36,454 nt of DNA from a virus (lineage: Duplodnaviria > Caudoviricetes). The stretch spans positions 1-36,454 of the IMG/VR virus record IMGVR_UViG_3300030372_005063; one strand, written 5' to 3'. The translations under genes and the position numbers were made by a program. Positions 9,860 through 19,490 of the stretch are shown one piece after another. Below the pieces are notes generated by a model. It made no database searches, was not told the origin of the DNA, and saw nothing but the letters and a program-made list of their open reading frames with translations. Every line of letters begins with the position of its first letter. Within the stretch, counting starts at the first letter, position 1.

Positions 9860-10173
9860 CAGAATATCCACAATGAAGCTGTGCAGGCTGTGCCTGAGCT
9901 TTTTAAAGCAATGTACTGACTGGGCGAAGTATTCGCGCCGTCGTCTACCTGTATCGTTGCCGTCGCGTTAATCGAAACAACAATAAAACCACTATAGCCT
10001 CTTTCCAGCCTGTGATAAATGCGCTGTACATCTGAAGCTGGAAACTCGATATCTTTAATTAAGCGGCCAGAAAGCAAGCCTTGCGACTGAAGACCATCGG
10101 CAAAAATCTCTACTTTGTCTTGAACCATCGTTAGGTCAGGGTCGTCTGTCTTGTGGCGCTCGTACTCAATCAT
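9859..10173 (-). CDS. Small virion protein, unknown function, 104 aa
   Basis: Tightly packed between adaptor and tail genes. Confidence 0.6.
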   Translation of the reverse strand: MIEYERHKTDDPDLTMVQDKVEIFADGLQSQGLLSGRLIKDIEFPASDVQRIYHRLERGYSGFIVVSINATATIQVDDGANTSPSQYIALKSSGTACTASLWIF

Positions 10174-10175
10174 GA

Positions 10176-10883
10176 CTAAACCAGATTAATGTAATCATCG
10201 AGGTATGAGGTAGTTCCAACGTTTACATCTGTAATCGAGTAAGACTCTCCAGCATCGCGCTTTCCTGAGACTTGCTCAAGACGTTGAAGCTGCTGCTGCT
10301 TTTGGACAAGGAGCACCTGAACATCGGACTCTTCTTTTTGCAGGCATTTTATAGCTGCGTCGATAATAACATATTCTTCGTAACCTTTCGCTACTTGCGG
10401 AGCTACAGCAACAATCTCTTCGTCGGTAGCTGTTGCGCTGAAGTAAGTAGGCTCTGGAACAAAGTGCAAGGTAGCCGTACCCGAAACTGTGGGGCTCGGG
10501 ATAAACTTAATCTTAGAACCCTGAATATGATAAAGCGTGTTTGTCACCAGAGAAGAAACAATCCCAGGCGAGTTATACATGGCCCGTTCTTGAAAGTGAT
10601 ACGGCTTTAACCTGTAATTAATCCCACCAACGTCAAAATCTACACCTAAAGCCTTGTAGAAAGTTGACGGCAGGTCAAAACTGCCCGTGCCGGGAAGCTC
10701 GTAAGTGGTTGAAGTTACATAGTAATCTTCAAACTTAGTGACTAAGATGTCATGAATTTCCGCCATTGCGACGTTAATATAGTCAACAACCTCGGCATCA
10801 GAGACAAAGGTAGAGCCAACCATATCCGCGCGTCGGCGAACTCCAGTAATTAAGTTTGCCAGCGTAAGGGTATTGTTCGGCAT
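10176..10883 (-). CDS. Head-tail adaptor/connector protein, 235 aa
   Basis: Start reassigned to ATG 10883 (MPNNTLTLANLITGVRRRADM...DAEVVDYIN) after GGGGATAGG; typical adaptor N-terminus; synteny. Confidence 0.7.
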   Translation of the reverse strand: MPNNTLTLANLITGVRRRADMVGSTFVSDAEVVDYINVAMAEIHDILVTKFEDYYVTSTTYELPGTGSFDLPSTFYKALGVDFDVGGINYRLKPYHFQERAMYNSPGIVSSLVTNTLYHIQGSKIKFIPSPTVSGTATLHFVPEPTYFSATATDEEIVAVAPQVAKGYEEYVIIDAAIKCLQKEESDVQVLLVQKQQQLQRLEQVSGKRDAGESYSITDVNVGTTSYLDDYINLV

Positions 10884-10895
10884 ACCTATCCCCCA

Positions 10896-10925
10896 AAGGA
10901 AAAGCGGGGACACGTAGCCCCCGCT
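10896..10925 (-). terminator. Intrinsic terminator after capsid gene cluster
   Basis: AGCGGGG-GCTACGTGT-CCCCGCT stem-loop followed by TTTCCTTT on minus strand. Confidence 0.75.
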
Positions 10926-10928
10926 CAA

Positions 10929-11111
10929 TTAATCCATCATGGTAGCCAAGTCGGACATCGCACTGACGACCGCATCGGCATCATTCTCTTGGATGGCCTT
11001 GAGGAATTTCTCCCCTGCCTCCTTCTTCATCAAGCCGCTATCATCCTCTTCCGGGCCGTCTTTTTTGGCCTTTTCAAGAATCATAAGGGCAAGATTACCT
11101 TTGCCTTTCAT
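10929..11111 (-). CDS. Hypothetical protein, 60 aa
   Basis: RBS AGGAG; packed in head operon. Confidence 0.7.
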   Translation of the reverse strand: MKGKGNLALMILEKAKKDGPEEDDSGLMKKEAGEKFLKAIQENDADAVVSAMSDLATMMD

Positions 11112-11124
11112 GGCAAGCTCCTAG

Positions 11125-11499
11125 CTAGGTTACACTGCTGTTTTTCAGGAATGCAATGAATTGAATTTCCTGGTCGTTGTCAGAATCACCAGTGACATCG
11201 TTATCACCTTGGTCATTACAAACAAACGACAATGTTTTAGCGCCATTTACATCATGAGCAGTTAACTCGATGTATCTTTCAGGACCACCGGTTCCGATAA
11301 CATGAGCATCACAATACAAAAGGTCACTGTACTTATCATCAAGCGTAATTGTAAAAACACCAGAGCTAATGTTGGAGCATGTGAAGCCAGTGCCTTCAGA
11401 TACCCCTGTCATTGTGCCATCAGTAAACGCAATGCGCCCACCGATAATAATGACAGCGCGCTCTAACGCTTTTACCGGTTTAAAGTCTCTACTAGCCAT
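11125..11499 (-). CDS. Probable capsid decoration/minor head protein, 124 aa
   Basis: Strong RBS GGAAGGAGG directly after the capsid gene; beta-rich. Confidence 0.55.
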   Translation of the reverse strand: MASRDFKPVKALERAVIIIGGRIAFTDGTMTGVSEGTGFTCSNISSGVFTITLDDKYSDLLYCDAHVIGTGGPERYIELTAHDVNGAKTLSFVCNDQGDNDVTGDSDNDQEIQFIAFLKNSSVT

Positions 11500-11526
11500 A
11501 ATTTAGCCTCCTTCCTATGAGTTAAA

Positions 11527-12756
11527 TTATGCCAATGCTACGCGGCAGTTGTATCCCGGAGCATTACAGGCTAGGTTGCCGTAGTAACCCATGCGCACCT
11601 CGTAGGCGTCTGCCGAATTTTCCCGCAACATCTGATTATTATCAAAGTCCAAGAACATTGGAGCTTCACCAAGAGTGTTGAGACTCCAGGTATCAAGCTG
11701 AACCATCCAAGCCAGATTTGGCTGACAGTTTTGATCCGGCACAATGTTAATGATTCCACGAGGACCGCGAAGCGCAATTGAAGCAAAGCCCATATCAACA
11801 TCGCGAGCTTTTACTTCGCCGTATACAACCTTGGAGCTAAGTGCCTTTTCGATGGTTGAGAATGTTTTAAAGTCAACGAAACAATAATCAGGAGCCCCGC
11901 CTTCTCGACTAACCAAAGAGGCCCCTTCAATAAGAGCTTCCTCAATTGGCAAAGCAGAACCATCAAAGCGCTGACCCGCTAAGCGAGAAGCGTCAGCGCT
12001 GCGGTCTTGACTAAAAAAAGTCTTGTTGTTCGCGTCAAGCACACGTGGAATCCATGCTTCAAATCCGCTAATTTTAGCGTTAATGTCGCCTTTTTGAACA
12101 AAAATATCTCCCGCAGTCATATCCGTAACCGTACCGCTTACAGTTACCTCTCCTGTCGAGCGATTTACGGCTGTTACTGTTACGTCACCGCTTTCCTGGT
12201 CACCAGAATCTGGCTTATCAAACCGCGAGTCTGTGGTTGTCTCGGTTAGGTTATCAAAACAGTTAAGGACCATTCCAACCTCGAAGTTTGTTACATCTTC
12301 AATGTTGCTCAGTGTAAAAACTTGGCCGTCAACGCTGCCGATTGTGCCAATACTGCCAGTGCCGTCTCGATACATGGAAATAGCCAAGGAACGGGTCAGG
12401 GAGTGCATTGCTCCATCAATTTCCATGGTGGCGTAGCGCAGGAAAGCATCGCTATCTCGCTCAGTCGCCTTAATGGACTCGCCGGTAATGCTGGCAAATG
12501 AGTAATCTTTAACACGTGTTAGAACAAAACGGCCAAGTGACGACGTAGAAGATACACCTTTGCCATTACTAAAGTCGGCACTACGGCGTTGCGGATTGCC
12601 ATAAATTAGCGGAATAGGCATGTTCTCACCACCGAACTGTGTGTATTTCGGCATAAGAGCAAGCATAGGATTATCTTTGTAAACCATGTTCGCTACGCGA
12701 AGCGGTTTGTAGTGTTCTTTTAGGGCCTGTGTGACCGTTGCGATATCTAAAGCCAT
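11527..12756 (-). CDS. Major capsid protein, 409 aa
   Basis: Follows portal and scaffold; size; C-terminal YEVRMGYYGNLACNAPGYN typical of HK97-fold capsids; RBS GGAG. Confidence 0.85.
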   Translation of the reverse strand: MALDIATVTQALKEHYKPLRVANMVYKDNPMLALMPKYTQFGGENMPIPLIYGNPQRRSADFSNGKGVSSTSSLGRFVLTRVKDYSFASITGESIKATERDSDAFLRYATMEIDGAMHSLTRSLAISMYRDGTGSIGTIGSVDGQVFTLSNIEDVTNFEVGMVLNCFDNLTETTTDSRFDKPDSGDQESGDVTVTAVNRSTGEVTVSGTVTDMTAGDIFVQKGDINAKISGFEAWIPRVLDANNKTFFSQDRSADASRLAGQRFDGSALPIEEALIEGASLVSREGGAPDYCFVDFKTFSTIEKALSSKVVYGEVKARDVDMGFASIALRGPRGIINIVPDQNCQPNLAWMVQLDTWSLNTLGEAPMFLDFDNNQMLRENSADAYEVRMGYYGNLACNAPGYNCRVALA

Positions 12757-12771
12757 CGTAATACTCCAAAA

Positions 12772-13656
12772 TTAGGGCGAACCCGCCCATTTGATCATAG
12801 CAGCGGCACGGCGAAGTGATTTTTCTTTGCTATCTAACGTGCTGCCGGATGTTTCCGTTTTTTTAGCAACGTCGCCGTTACTAAGTGTTTTCACCCGTTT
12901 CACTGCTTGCTCGGCGGCTTCTGGAGTCTCTGACTCTTCGCGTGGTTTATCTAACTCACGAAATCGTTCTTGTAGCTTTTTGCTACCTAAATAACGCTCG
13001 GCTTCCGCCATAAAGTGGTCCTCAACGAGCTTAGCGGCATCACCGTACTCAAGGACTTCTTTTGTAGAGTTGTAATGCTCCTGCATTACTTGCGCTACGA
13101 GTCCATAAGCGTCATGATGCTTCACCATCTCGAAGGTACTACCATCGTCTACGAAATTCTTAATGTTGTCAACCAACTGAGTATGAGCCGCGTTTACTTT
13201 GGCCTGCTCTGCTTGTTGACGTTGCTCATCATAAATCTTTTCAATCTTCTCAAGTCGGCTATTTAACCGCTCATTTTCAAGACGAAGTTTTTGCTCTTCG
13301 GTAGGATTGCCTTCATTAATGACTTGCTGCGTTAGGTCGTCATAACTGATTCCAAGCTCGCCAAGAAGTTTTGCGGGGTTTTCTTTTGCCAATCGCTGCA
13401 AGTCAGCTAGGCGTGTTGAGTTACCCTCAAACTGCTCTTTCTGTTTGGCAAAATTGGCAATCTCTTGCTCTTTCTGCCGAATAGCCCGCTCTTTGCGAGC
13501 AAGTGCTGCAAATTGGCGAGAAAAGTCAGGGCGCTCTGGCTCTGCTGGCTCTTCGGCGGCTTCAGCGTTTTCAGCCGCCTCTTCAGCCACCTCCTCCATT
13601 AGCTCCGCGCTCGGCGCTTCCTCAACCGCTGCTTCTTGTACTGCTTCTTCTGTCAT
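12772..13656 (-). CDS. Scaffolding protein, 294 aa
   Basis: Acidic Glu/Ala N-terminus, coiled coil, between portal and capsid genes. Confidence 0.75.
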   Translation of the reverse strand: MTEEAVQEAAVEEAPSAELMEEVAEEAAENAEAAEEPAEPERPDFSRQFAALARKERAIRQKEQEIANFAKQKEQFEGNSTRLADLQRLAKENPAKLLGELGISYDDLTQQVINEGNPTEEQKLRLENERLNSRLEKIEKIYDEQRQQAEQAKVNAAHTQLVDNIKNFVDDGSTFEMVKHHDAYGLVAQVMQEHYNSTKEVLEYGDAAKLVEDHFMAEAERYLGSKKLQERFRELDKPREESETPEAAEQAVKRVKTLSNGDVAKKTETSGSTLDSKEKSLRRAAAMIKWAGSP

Positions 13657-13673
13657 AATAACCCCTTGCGTTG

Positions 13674-15515
13674 TTACGCTGTTGGGATGGGAGCCGCAGC
13701 CATTTCAGCCGCAGCTACATCATCCGGCATTCCTGCCGGGGGTGCCCCTTGTTGGGGGGCGTCTGGTCCCGGCCCCATAGCCTCCATTGGCGGCGGCGGT
13801 GCCGCTTGTGCCTGCATTCTCGCAAGCAGTCCAATAGAGTCTTCGATAAATCGTCTAAATAAGTCCAGCCGAGTTTCTGGAACTTGGTTAATTTTGGCCC
13901 GAAGGTAAGCGGATTGCATCATCGCAATACCCATCGAAAGATTCATGTACGGCTCAGGCGGCTGGTAAATGCCTTTTTCAAGAATCCGCTCAATCATCAT
14001 GCTGAATATTTCTTGTGACGCCGTGGCCATACTGTTGACCGCTTCCAAATCAGGGTAATCAAGCAATGCACGAGCCTCTTGCTGCGTAAGCATTCCTGCC
14101 TGAAGCATCTCGATAACCTTTTGAAGCTTCGCCGCTGGCGTTGTAGGCAGAAGTGAGGTCGGGTAGACCTTCATCACATACTCATTATGCTCTAGGTTAA
14201 TATCGGACCATTTAATTTTTTCAATATCGTCATCGCCGTGACTAATGACCTCAAATGACTCACCACGAGCAGAAACCTCGCGCGCAATGTCAATCATTTG
14301 GTCAGCAGCATCCAAAAACAACTGCTCGTATGCTTTTGCGACCATTAAAAACCGCTCGGACTCGATATCTTGGAATTCTCGAAGCGCAACGCCCGATTCT
14401 AGGCCCGCAGGCTTCTTTGCGCCTGCTGCAAGCTGGCTTACACCCGCAATTTCGTATGCACGGTTAAATAACCGGTCTAAATGGCTAAAAATTTCACCAG
14501 AAACGGTTTTAGGGACAAAAAACTGCGGCGGAGTACCTGCATACTCAATTACGCCCCAAATTTCGTTGTTTATGTGCGCTTTTGAGATTTTAGAGCCACT
14601 TTCGACGAAAACCTTCGGTGTTGCAAGGTGCATCTGCTGTTGGATATTGCGCAGCAAGCGATTAATTTCTACCTGGATACCGGTAAGCTGTTCCGCTAAC
14701 CCTTGCCCAAAAAATCCTAACAGCCTATTAGTCCAACGTATAAACGCAAACGGAAACTCATCTCGTTCCCAAGAATCATCCATCAAAGTAGCGTTTTCTA
14801 TCGCAATAACGTGTCTACCATCTTTTGCGCCCTTAGAGCTTGGTAAGTGCCATGCCTCGATGCACTCAACTTGCTCGCTTGCTTTATACAACGAGTCATC
14901 ATCCTCGACTGAAGACGCATCGCGAATCTGGTCCTTAAATTCCGGGAATAGCGACGCCAAGACCTGCTTATCAACAACCTTGCGCTGAAACATCTGGCGA
15001 GGGTTACCGTATCGAGCTTCAAGGTCATCAACCACAATTTCATCTGGGAAAACTCGCTCACACTTAATCTCACCATCGTATTCAAAAATCTTCATGACGC
15101 CGGTACCAAACACGCAGGCATCGAGGAAAACTTTAGGAGCTACCCCGTAAATCTTTGACCCGTAAAACTGGCCCGAGGTAAACTTAGTTAAGCGCTTCGC
15201 TTTGCGCTGCATTTCCCAGTCGCCACCAGTTGTTAAATAAGTGGCCATCGGTTTAGCCTTAGCAACTCGAGCTGTAACAGTGTCACACATGGATTGAATA
15301 ATGTTTAGCGTGACTCGGTTTTTTGCGCTCGTCTTGGCTCGCTGGACCAAGTTACCGCTTCCCAAATCGCGATAACTAATGTTGCCGTAAAGACGTGCGT
15401 GGTTGATGTTGTTTGTCGAGTGATACCCTTGATTGTCCGTTAGGTGACCAACCACCTCAAAGACAAGATCGTGAGGGTTTTCTGATGCGCTCCACCAATA
15501 ATTATAATGTTTCAT
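13674..15515 (-). CDS. Portal protein, 613 aa
   Basis: Follows TerL; size; DACVFGTGVMKI, SGVALR-type motifs and Pro/Gln/Ala-rich tail typical of P22-like portals. Confidence 0.85.
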   Translation of the reverse strand: MKHYNYWWSASENPHDLVFEVVGHLTDNQGYHSTNNINHARLYGNISYRDLGSGNLVQRAKTSAKNRVTLNIIQSMCDTVTARVAKAKPMATYLTTGGDWEMQRKAKRLTKFTSGQFYGSKIYGVAPKVFLDACVFGTGVMKIFEYDGEIKCERVFPDEIVVDDLEARYGNPRQMFQRKVVDKQVLASLFPEFKDQIRDASSVEDDDSLYKASEQVECIEAWHLPSSKGAKDGRHVIAIENATLMDDSWERDEFPFAFIRWTNRLLGFFGQGLAEQLTGIQVEINRLLRNIQQQMHLATPKVFVESGSKISKAHINNEIWGVIEYAGTPPQFFVPKTVSGEIFSHLDRLFNRAYEIAGVSQLAAGAKKPAGLESGVALREFQDIESERFLMVAKAYEQLFLDAADQMIDIAREVSARGESFEVISHGDDDIEKIKWSDINLEHNEYVMKVYPTSLLPTTPAAKLQKVIEMLQAGMLTQQEARALLDYPDLEAVNSMATASQEIFSMMIERILEKGIYQPPEPYMNLSMGIAMMQSAYLRAKINQVPETRLDLFRRFIEDSIGLLARMQAQAAPPPPMEAMGPGPDAPQQGAPPAGMPDDVAAAEMAAAPIPTA

Positions 15516-15533
15516 TTTGAGACTCCCCGCAGA

Positions 15534-15740
15534 TTACACACCTGCCGAATAAAATAAATCTTCGTCGTATTGCTCTTCTTCAGATAAACTTTTAGCGCCA
15601 GCAGTTTCAGGAAACACTTGCAACTGAGCACTTGCCGGTCTTGGCTTATCCCATAGCTCTACTTCGATATCACCGACTCTTAACCGCTTTAAACCATGCT
15701 TTTTAGCGGCCTCGATTATTTCTTCTAGTTCAGCGTCCAT
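15534..15740 (-). CDS. Hypothetical protein, 68 aa
   Basis: ATG 15740 (MDAELEEII) overlapping TerL end; fills terL-portal gap. Confidence 0.65.
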   Translation of the reverse strand: MDAELEEIIEAAKKHGLKRLRVGDIEVELWDKPRPASAQLQVFPETAGAKSLSEEEQYDEDLFYSAGV

Positions 15741-17185
15741 TGATTTTCCCACCAAGCTTCATCTTCTTCGTTCATACCCTGCTCCACGCTTTCCCAAAGC
15801 TCACTCTCTAAAGCAGCATAATACTCAGGAGTTCCTTCCCTTGGAGCAATAGCTTTCTGCTTATACGTGTAGTGCTTGCTTTCGCGCCACGCATATAAAC
15901 ACGCATCAGCGAGGTGATTCTCAAAACGCGAATCTTCTTTTTTCCTGTCCTCGTCCCACTGGAGTAAATCCCACTCATCTAATAGCTCGCACCCTTCGTA
16001 GACCTTAATAAAACCACAATGAAGGTCTGAGTTCATAAGTTCAATATAGGACGCCTTGTTGCGCTTTTCTGCTGCGCGTATTGGTAGCTCGTAACGATAT
16101 CGAAATTCTTCTACAATAGACTTACCAAGACCCCCCGTGTCGGCGACCATGATAGTAAAATCGTAGTGAGAATCAAGCTCTTTAATTTTTTCGGCAATCT
16201 GTGCCGGTATCATCTTCGTCTCTTTGTAAGTGTCGACGATGTAAAAATCCGGCAGCTCTGGGCAATAGGCCCCTACGACAAAAGCTGTTGCGTCTTCGTA
16301 ACCTAAATCGACGCCTAAAATAAAATTAAAGTCATGCTCGTGATGTGGTACTTCGGTGTAGAAATTTTTGTCTTTGGTGTACCTGTAAATCAAAGAGTCA
16401 TTCGAGCGAATCCACTTGCCCCGCCACTCGCGCAAATAAACCGGGTGGTTCTCATCCCAGTGTTTTTGTTTCATCCGGCGCTTAAGCCATTGCTCCGCAT
16501 GGGGAATATGGGGGTTTTCCATGATAGTCCAATGATGATTACTATAACCCTGCGCTGGGTCAGTAGAAGCGCGGAAGAACATACCCGAACAAGCAGCGTT
16601 GGGCGTTCCAATCATCGCCATTGTGCCGTTGTGGTCAATCAGCGCCGGTTCAAGAACTTCTTCCACCAGCTCCTCAAGATGGCGTCCGAAACTTGCGGCT
16701 TCGTCAAGAATAACCAAGTGGTAAGCAGAACCCCGCAGCTTATCAATATCAGCTTCATCATTCGCACCCGTCAGAACAATCTGGCTCTGATTGGGCAACG
16801 TAGCAATAAGCTCCGAGTTATTAAAGTGCATCCCGATATGGTACTTGCGGTTGGCTCGTTTAAGCTCCATCCACATAAGACGCTTGGCGCTGTTTCGCGT
16901 CAGGGCAATATAGGCCGAAATGCTGTCGGGGTTTCGAGATGCTGTTTCAATAAGGTAATAGCAGGCCGCATAAGTTTTGCCTGCACGCCGGGAGCACAAC
17001 GCGGTCTTAAAAGAGGCTGGATCATTCATAAAAGCAAGCTGCTGCTCGAATAAATCCTCTTGCCACCGATAAGTTCGGTTTTCAGCGGTGCCTTTATCCT
17101 CTTGCAAGGCTTCAGGGTCGCCGAAACGCTTAATGTATTCCCTGACTACCGCTCGGGCGTCATGCTTGGGCGGTGATTTCCCCAT
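15725..17185 (-). CDS. terL: Terminase large subunit, 486 aa
   Basis: Walker A CSRRAGKT, Walker B LVILDEAA, motif GTP, nuclease motifs LGVDLG and HLADACLY. Confidence 0.95.
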   Translation of the reverse strand: MGKSPPKHDARAVVREYIKRFGDPEALQEDKGTAENRTYRWQEDLFEQQLAFMNDPASFKTALCSRRAGKTYAACYYLIETASRNPDSISAYIALTRNSAKRLMWMELKRANRKYHIGMHFNNSELIATLPNQSQIVLTGANDEADIDKLRGSAYHLVILDEAASFGRHLEELVEEVLEPALIDHNGTMAMIGTPNAACSGMFFRASTDPAQGYSNHHWTIMENPHIPHAEQWLKRRMKQKHWDENHPVYLREWRGKWIRSNDSLIYRYTKDKNFYTEVPHHEHDFNFILGVDLGYEDATAFVVGAYCPELPDFYIVDTYKETKMIPAQIAEKIKELDSHYDFTIMVADTGGLGKSIVEEFRYRYELPIRAAEKRNKASYIELMNSDLHCGFIKVYEGCELLDEWDLLQWDEDRKKEDSRFENHLADACLYAWRESKHYTYKQKAIAPREGTPEYYAALESELWESVEQGMNEEDEAWWENQWTLN

Positions 17186-17435
17186 TGCTCTTTACCTTTA
17201 CGGATTTCGGCTTTCTTCCGGCACGCCTGCGTGGTTCTTCAACAACCTCAAGATAAGAAATAGACGACATCGGAAGATACATTGTTCCATGCTTTTCATG
17301 AATCACAATAATACCGTTTTTGTTCGGTCCCCACTTAAGGGTAAACAATTGATGATTTGGTGCCTTTAGATTGATTGCAATCTTGTCAAACACTGGGCGG
17401 CAGTCATGTTTTAGCGTAAATCCTACAATTTCCAT
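17160..17435 (-). CDS. Hypothetical protein, 91 aa
   Basis: Overlaps both neighbours; basic C-terminus. Confidence 0.6.
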   Translation of the reverse strand: MEIVGFTLKHDCRPVFDKIAINLKAPNHQLFTLKWGPNKNGIIVIHEKHGTMYLPMSSISYLEVVEEPRRRAGRKPKSVKVKSNGEITAQA

Positions 17436-17932
17436 TTTCCATCCTCAAACTTGTCTACCCCGTTAGTCTCTCGTACCTGTGGGACATAGAAAAGATTATA
17501 CCTATCGCGGAGAGATTTATATACATAACCCTTATGGCTACAGACAATCGGCTCCCCCTGACGGTGTTCAAAGTACCTAAGTAGCAAACTTGCGAGCCCT
17601 AAACGCCGAAAAGCATCCTTAACATAGCAGTAATGCACTAAAAGAGGCCCTGTTTTGGTCCTGATTCCGCACATCCACGCAAAAATCTGATTGGGGTCGT
17701 CATCCATCACCGCCATAACGGTAACCGACTTCTCCATAAGGTTTCTTATGATTTTTCGGTGACTTTTATACAGAATGCCCCGGTGCTGGTCTTTGTTTTG
17801 GTCGGCGTAGCTTCGCAGCCAAGTGCTATATACCAAAGAAGCATCAGAAGAGCTTGCAAGGCGAACCAAGACGGGCAGTTTGTCGTTATCGCGTATAGGA
17901 TTGTAGGCAAGGGTCGCATGTGGCGTAGTCAT
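17423..17932 (-). CDS. GNAT-family acetyltransferase-like protein, 169 aa
   Basis: Acetyl-CoA-binding motif A: VHYCYVKDAFRRLGLASLLL; N-terminal VRLASSSD matches GNAT beta1. Confidence 0.75.
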   Translation of the reverse strand: MTTPHATLAYNPIRDNDKLPVLVRLASSSDASLVYSTWLRSYADQNKDQHRGILYKSHRKIIRNLMEKSVTVMAVMDDDPNQIFAWMCGIRTKTGPLLVHYCYVKDAFRRLGLASLLLRYFEHRQGEPIVCSHKGYVYKSLRDRYNLFYVPQVRETNGVDKFEDGKWKL

Positions 17933-18375
17933 TTAGATTTCCCCTCTAGTTTCTTATAGGCAATGTCGGCTAGGCGCTTAAGGTCATCGTCGGACATCTG
18001 TTCGAGCTGATTTTGCTCCCTAATCCCGTGCTCAAGATTTGCCAGTTGGCAGATGCTTCGAGTTAGTTGGCCGAAGTGCTGAGAATCGGCTTTGTCCATT
18101 CCGCCACCTGACACAGTTTGCCGCATCAGTCTTCGGGTCTCCGCATCGATAATGGAATACATATTTTCCATCATAGAATGCAGGCTCGGCAAAATATTGA
18201 CATCGATAAGGTCACGGGCGTCGCGGTTAATTTCTACAAAGGCACCTTCGGCCTCTATGTCTTGGTCGGCCTGCGCTAAAAGCTCTTCCCGGTCTTGTTT
18301 TCCGGCAGCGCCTTTGGATGCGGCTTTGTCGTACCGGACTTGGAGTTTTCCGGCGTTGTATATTTTTCTGCTCAT
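17929..18375 (-). CDS. Candidate terminase small subunit, 148 aa
   Basis: Start reassigned to ATG 18375 after AGGAG; helical; C-terminal LEQMSDDDLKRL resembles TerS tails; upstream of terL. Confidence 0.45.
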   Translation of the reverse strand: MSRKIYNAGKLQVRYDKAASKGAAGKQDREELLAQADQDIEAEGAFVEINRDARDLIDVNILPSLHSMMENMYSIIDAETRRLMRQTVSGGGMDKADSQHFGQLTRSICQLANLEHGIREQNQLEQMSDDDLKRLADIAYKKLEGKSK

Positions 18376-18378
18376 TAT

Positions 18379-18497
18379 GCACTCCTGTGCTCGTCCCTTG
18401 AAAGGGCACCAAAAGGTGGCGCGATGCTGGGAGTCAAGACATGGAGTAAACAAGCCTCAATTGGGGGTAGTTTGCAGGAACTACATCCCAACATCGC
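18379..18497 (-). promoter_or_regulatory. Structured leader RNA upstream of candidate terS
   Basis: 12-bp stem GCGAUGUUGGGA/UCCCAGCAUCGC enclosing GUAGUU/AACUAC hairpin, then three short hairpins, the last covering the RBS. Confidence 0.5.
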
Positions 18498-18541
18498 AGT
18501 GTAATCCTAAAAGATTTTTGGGGGTCGGCACAAGAACTATA

Positions 18542-19297
18542 TTAGCCGACAGTTCCCGACATAAAGAGAGTATAGTCCTGAGATGAGGTAACAGCGGTGT
18601 TGGAGTTTAATCCCGTAAAACCAGAAGCAATAATAAGTTCGTAATGAGCGACGTTTCCTTTAATTTTAGCCAGTTGACCGGGCAACGACACAATACCGCC
18701 AGCAGGTACAAACATATTGTCGCGAGAAAAAAACTGGATACCAATGGTTCCGCCGTCATCTGTTTCATTTGTTCCAAAGTCAGTGGCTGAAATAGTAACG
18801 CGATCAGTTCCGCTTGATGCCGTTGCAAAATCAGTAATTCTGCCAAAATCGTTATTGTTAGCAGACTTGGCACCGTAAACATTAAGGTGAGTAGCTCCTT
18901 TGTCGCCACCGTCTTGGTAGTCGCCTTTTTGGAAGCCGTTGGCTACGGGTGTAGTAATTTGGTTATTGCTGGCAAAAACGCAATTGCCAATAGTCGCGCC
19001 GCTAAGGTCAGCAATCAGGCGGTAGTATTGAATCAGCAGTTCACTGTCCGAGCGGTTATGCAGAATAAATGTGTTTACCCTGGTTAAGCCTTGAAGCGAC
19101 AGGTTGTAATAATCAAAGGCGTTATACAGGGTACTAGTTGAGCCAACCGTCGTATTCGCCTCAAGCCGACCATCGACACGAACAACTTTTTCATCGGTCT
19201 GGGTCTGAGTCGCGTTCTTCAAAGACACATGGGGGTCCGAGTAATCAGATGAGCGGCTGGATAAAGCTGAGATAATGGTTTTGACGTATTCGGCCAT
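18542..19297 (-). CDS. Hypothetical, probably virion structural protein, 251 aa
   Basis: Start reassigned to ATG 19297 (MAEYVKT) after AAAGGGG; Thr/Ser/Gly/Asn-rich beta composition. Confidence 0.6.
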   Translation of the reverse strand: MAEYVKTIISALSSRSSDYSDPHVSLKNATQTQTDEKVVRVDGRLEANTTVGSTSTLYNAFDYYNLSLQGLTRVNTFILHNRSDSELLIQYYRLIADLSGATIGNCVFASNNQITTPVANGFQKGDYQDGGDKGATHLNVYGAKSANNNDFGRITDFATASSGTDRVTISATDFGTNETDDGGTIGIQFFSRDNMFVPAGGIVSLPGQLAKIKGNVAHYELIIASGFTGLNSNTAVTSSQDYTLFMSGTVG

Positions 19298-19490
19298 GAG
19301 GTTCCCCTTTGGCAAAAGAATATTCTTAGCACAGGAAAAACACAAGGATTCTATTTTTGGCGCGGTGCGTCGGAACTGAATTTGAGGGGAGTGACGATGA
19401 GGGTATTTAACGTAAAGGGGGAAGGTCGGTCCGGGGGTAGGGTAGGGTCGCCTTTGGCCCCACATGTGCGGCAATGTGTGCAAGAAAGCA

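Noticed and set aside
15725-15755. Frameshift fusion of TerL with the 68-aa ORF at GGGAAAA
   Set aside because: Heptamer is out of phase in the TerL frame (TGG GAA AAT) and the small ORF has its own ATG at 15740
113-18586. Plus-strand ORFs opposite the structural genes (e.g. 3328-3951, 14245-14988, 16334-17053)
   Set aside because: Antisense shadows of well-supported genes, without motifs or RBS
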